From assembly GCA_963805855.1 (NCBI GenBank), contig CAWDVW010000005.1, positions 928,001 through 992,000 on the forward strand: a stretch of 64,000 bases of DNA, read 5' to 3'. Shown here piece by piece: positions 61,243 to 64,000 of the stretch. This DNA is from Candidatus Dadabacteria bacterium (lineage in GTDB: Bacteria > Desulfobacterota_D > UBA1144 > Nemesobacterales > CSP1-2). Each line of letters starts with the position of its first letter. The first letter of the stretch is position 1. The notes beneath the pieces were generated by a model. The model did no database searches. It was not told where the DNA came from and saw only the letters and a list, made by a program, of their open reading frames with translations. The translations under genes were made by a program, and so were the position numbers.

Positions 61243-63843
61243 ATGGCTTCAGAGACTCCTATGATTAAGCAGTATATGAAGATCAAAAACCAGTATTCCG
61301 ACGCTATACTGTTTTTTCGCCTAGGGGATTTCTATGAGATGTTTTTTGACGACGCCAAAATCGCATCGAAGGTCCTTGGTATCGCACTAACATCAAGGAA
61401 CAAATCAGAGAAGAACCCTGTGCCCCTTTGCGGTGTCCCCTTCCACAGCGTCGAGCCATACATAGCCACAATGCTCAGCCACGGATACAAAGTGGCTATA
61501 TGTGAACAGCTAGAAGAACCAAGTCAATCAAGCGGGATCGTCGAGCGCAGGGTAACAAGGGTACTTACCCCGGGTGTAATCATTGACTCAGAAAAATTAG
61601 ATTCGAAGACGAATAACTACCTTGCGAGTATATACTCCGACGGAAAATCCTATGGACTTGCATATTGTGATATTTCAACAGGTAAATTCAGGACAAGTTC
61701 TTTTTCCTCGCTTGACGAACTCAAAAGCGAGATCGCGAATATCGAGGCAAAGGAGATCCTTCTACCCGAGGATCTTCACAACAAGGAAGAATTAATAAGC
61801 CATTTTTCACGGTCATGGAACCCACTCCTGACAACGATAGATCCCTGGGTTTGGGAAATCGGTAGTTCAAGAGAAATTTTACAAGAACACCTGAATACAA
61901 AAACACTCGAACCGTTTGGACTCGACAACCACCCTGAATCGATTGTTTCCTGCGGAGCAATAATTCACTATCTCAAACAAACACAAATTGAAGATATGCC
62001 CCCCTTAGAAGACCCACTGTTCATTAAATCAACAGACTTCCTTTCCATCGATGAATCCACTAAGAAAAACCTTGAGCTCATGGGTAGCTTTCAAGGTACA
62101 AACAAAACTGGCTCTCTTCTCTGGGTACTTGACGAAACACTGACAGGGATGGGGGGTAGGCTGATCAGGCAGTGGCTCAATTATCCACTGATTGATCCCG
62201 AAGAGATCAGAGACAGGCTCGATTCCGTTGGAGAACTCATAGAGAAAAATGCCCTACGAAACAAACTGAGAAAGTCTCTAAGGGAGATAAGCGATATTGA
62301 AAGGTTAATTGGTAGAATTTCTACTAAATCCGCAAGGCCAAGGGATTTAGGGGCCCTGAGAGATTCCTTAAGCCTGATCTCAGAAGTAAAGACTTTATCA
62401 GAAAACCTTAATAAAACGCTAAATGCAAAGATTAGAAATGGAATAGACGACTTGGCTGACATTAGGGAATTGCTCGATAGATCCATAGTTGATGAGCCTC
62501 CTCTATCCTGCCGAGACGGCGGGATAATAAAGGAGGGTTTCAGAAAAGAGCTAGACGAGCTTCGGATCATCAAAAGGGATGGCAGAAAATGGATAGCCGG
62601 CCTTGAGGCGAAGGAGAGGGAGGCTACTGGCATAAATTCTCTTAAAATTGGTTATAACCGTGTTTTTGGTTATTACATCGAAATCACTAAGACAAACCTC
62701 CACCTTGCGCCGGACCATTATACAAGAAAGCAAACCCTTGTTAATGCCGAAAGGTTTATAACCCCTGAACTCAAGGATCAGGAGGAGAGGATACTTGGGG
62801 CCGAAGAAGAGATGATAGAGCTCGAAAAGGGGCTTTTCGAAGAGATAAGGGAAGGGGTATCCAAGGAAACTGATAGGATAAGGCTTACGGCTCACCTGAT
62901 AGGGATGATTGATGTAGTTTCTTCTCTAGCCCTGGTTGCCGAAAAATACAACTATGCCAAACCCCAAGTGTGTGATTCCAGATCAGTAGATATTAAAGAA
63001 AGTCGTCACCCAGTGGTAGAAAGGATGGAGCTTGGAGAGAGATTTGTTCCAAATGATGTGAGGCTCGATCACGAAGAAAACCAGTTTCTGATAATAACGG
63101 GCCCCAATATGGCAGGTAAATCCACCCTTATCAGACAGGTTGCATTGACCATAATCTTGGCCCAGATGGGTAGCTTCGTACCGGCGAAAGAAGCGAGGAT
63201 TGGGGTGGTAGATAGGATATTTACCCGGGTAGGCGCATCGGATAATCTCGTGAGGGGTCAGTCAACGTTCATGGTAGAGATGATGGAAACGGCCTATATC
63301 CTGAGGCACGCCACCCCTAAGAGCCTTGTCATACTGGATGAGATTGGACGGGGTACCAGCACTTTTGATGGAATGAGCATAGCCTGGGCAGTCGCAGAGT
63401 ATCTTTACGAGGTAGGTAGCATGGTACTTTTTGCAACCCATTATCACGAGCTAGCCCAGTTAGCGATCTCCAAAAAAAGGGTAAAAAACTACAACATATA
63501 TGTTAAAGAGGACAGAGGAAAAATAGTTTTCTTAAGGAAACTCATCCCAGGGGCTTCAAACCACAGCTATGGAATAGAGGTTGCAAACCTTGCAGGTGTA
63601 CCCGATAGGGTAATAAAGTCAGCCAAGGGCATACTTGCCAGAATCGAGAAATCCCACTTGAGCATCGGAACATCGATAAGGGGTGGCCAGATGCCACTGT
63701 TTAACAATCCGGAAGAGCAAAAAAAGGAAGACGATAAAGACAAGATAATAGAAGAATTAATCGATTTAGATCCGCTTTCGATGAGCCCTCTCGAGGCCCA
63801 TTCTAAGCTCATGGAGTTTAAAAAAAAATTGGGAAAGGGCTAA
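61243..63843 (+). CDS. mutS: DNA mismatch repair protein MutS
   Basis: TPMIKQY, GDFYEMF, TGPNMAGKST, DEIGRGTST, ATHYHEL. Confidence 0.98.
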   Translation: MASETPMIKQYMKIKNQYSDAILFFRLGDFYEMFFDDAKIASKVLGIALTSRNKSEKNPVPLCGVPFHSVEPYIATMLSHGYKVAICEQLEEPSQSSGIVERRVTRVLTPGVIIDSEKLDSKTNNYLASIYSDGKSYGLAYCDISTGKFRTSSFSSLDELKSEIANIEAKEILLPEDLHNKEELISHFSRSWNPLLTTIDPWVWEIGSSREILQEHLNTKTLEPFGLDNHPESIVSCGAIIHYLKQTQIEDMPPLEDPLFIKSTDFLSIDESTKKNLELMGSFQGTNKTGSLLWVLDETLTGMGGRLIRQWLNYPLIDPEEIRDRLDSVGELIEKNALRNKLRKSLREISDIERLIGRISTKSARPRDLGALRDSLSLISEVKTLSENLNKTLNAKIRNGIDDLADIRELLDRSIVDEPPLSCRDGGIIKEGFRKELDELRIIKRDGRKWIAGLEAKEREATGINSLKIGYNRVFGYYIEITKTNLHLAPDHYTRKQTLVNAERFITPELKDQEERILGAEEEMIELEKGLFEEIREGVSKETDRIRLTAHLIGMIDVVSSLALVAEKYNYAKPQVCDSRSVDIKESRHPVVERMELGERFVPNDVRLDHEENQFLIITGPNMAGKSTLIRQVALTIILAQMGSFVPAKEARIGVVDRIFTRVGASDNLVRGQSTFMVEMMETAYILRHATPKSLVILDEIGRGTSTFDGMSIAWAVAEYLYEVGSMVLFATHYHELAQLAISKKRVKNYNIYVKEDRGKIVFLRKLIPGASNHSYGIEVANLAGVPDRVIKSAKGILARIEKSHLSIGTSIRGGQMPLFNNPEEQKKEDDKDKIIEELIDLDPLSMSPLEAHSKLMEFKKKLGKG

Positions 63844-63927
63844 AAGCTGCCTGGATAATCGATAGGCGCCATGGGATCAATTAATTTTTTTAAAATGCTG
63901 TCAAGGAGTAGAAAATCCCCAAACCCC

Positions 63928-64000
63928 ATGACCAGTAAAAAAACCGAAGGTCAGAGGGGCGAAGAAATTGCCTGCAAAGCACTCAAAAAGAAGGGCTACC
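63928..64000 (+). CDS. YraN-family protein, 5' part (runs off window)
   Basis: MTSKKTEGQRGEEIACKALKKKGY matches the YraN N-terminal G..GE..A...L...GY pattern. Confidence 0.7.
   Translation, partial: MTSKKTEGQRGEEIACKALKKKGY

Overview
Mostly core bacterial chromosome with moderate GC. The gene style suggests a deltaproteobacteria-like lineage such as Ca. Dadabacteria, but this is inference only. Core content: class II ribonucleotide reductase with tandem NrdR boxes, a sigma-70 factor, tRNA-Leu(CAG), hflKC, a type II secretion operon (gspC-K), galT, CIRCE-controlled groES/EL, degP/Q, an archaeal-like thi4, the prs-rplY-pth-hppA-ychF-rpsF-rpsR-rplI cluster, lepA and mutS. Accessory regions lie at about 1-13 kb and 49-59 kb. 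Signals the ORF track misses: (1) an integron remnant at 58.0-58.77 kb (truncated intI N-terminus, attI-like site, one intact GC-rich cassette, broken attC) bracketed by two ~100-bp MITE-like direct repeats; (2) a decayed IS110-like transposase behind an apparently structured non-coding leader, a bridge-RNA candidate, at 55.8-56.1 kb; (3) a secretin fused to a LysM domain, in a T2SS operon that ends in a RavA-like AAA+ ATPase rather than gspL/M, plus a Cys-rich candidate substrate with a GGGC C-terminal anchor; (4) a MarR unit with two palindromic operator candidates, an SDR gene stub and a QueG/RdhA-like Fe-S protein fused to SCP2; (5) several families of short palindromic intergenic repeats. 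All family calls come from motif recognition by eye; no database searches were run.
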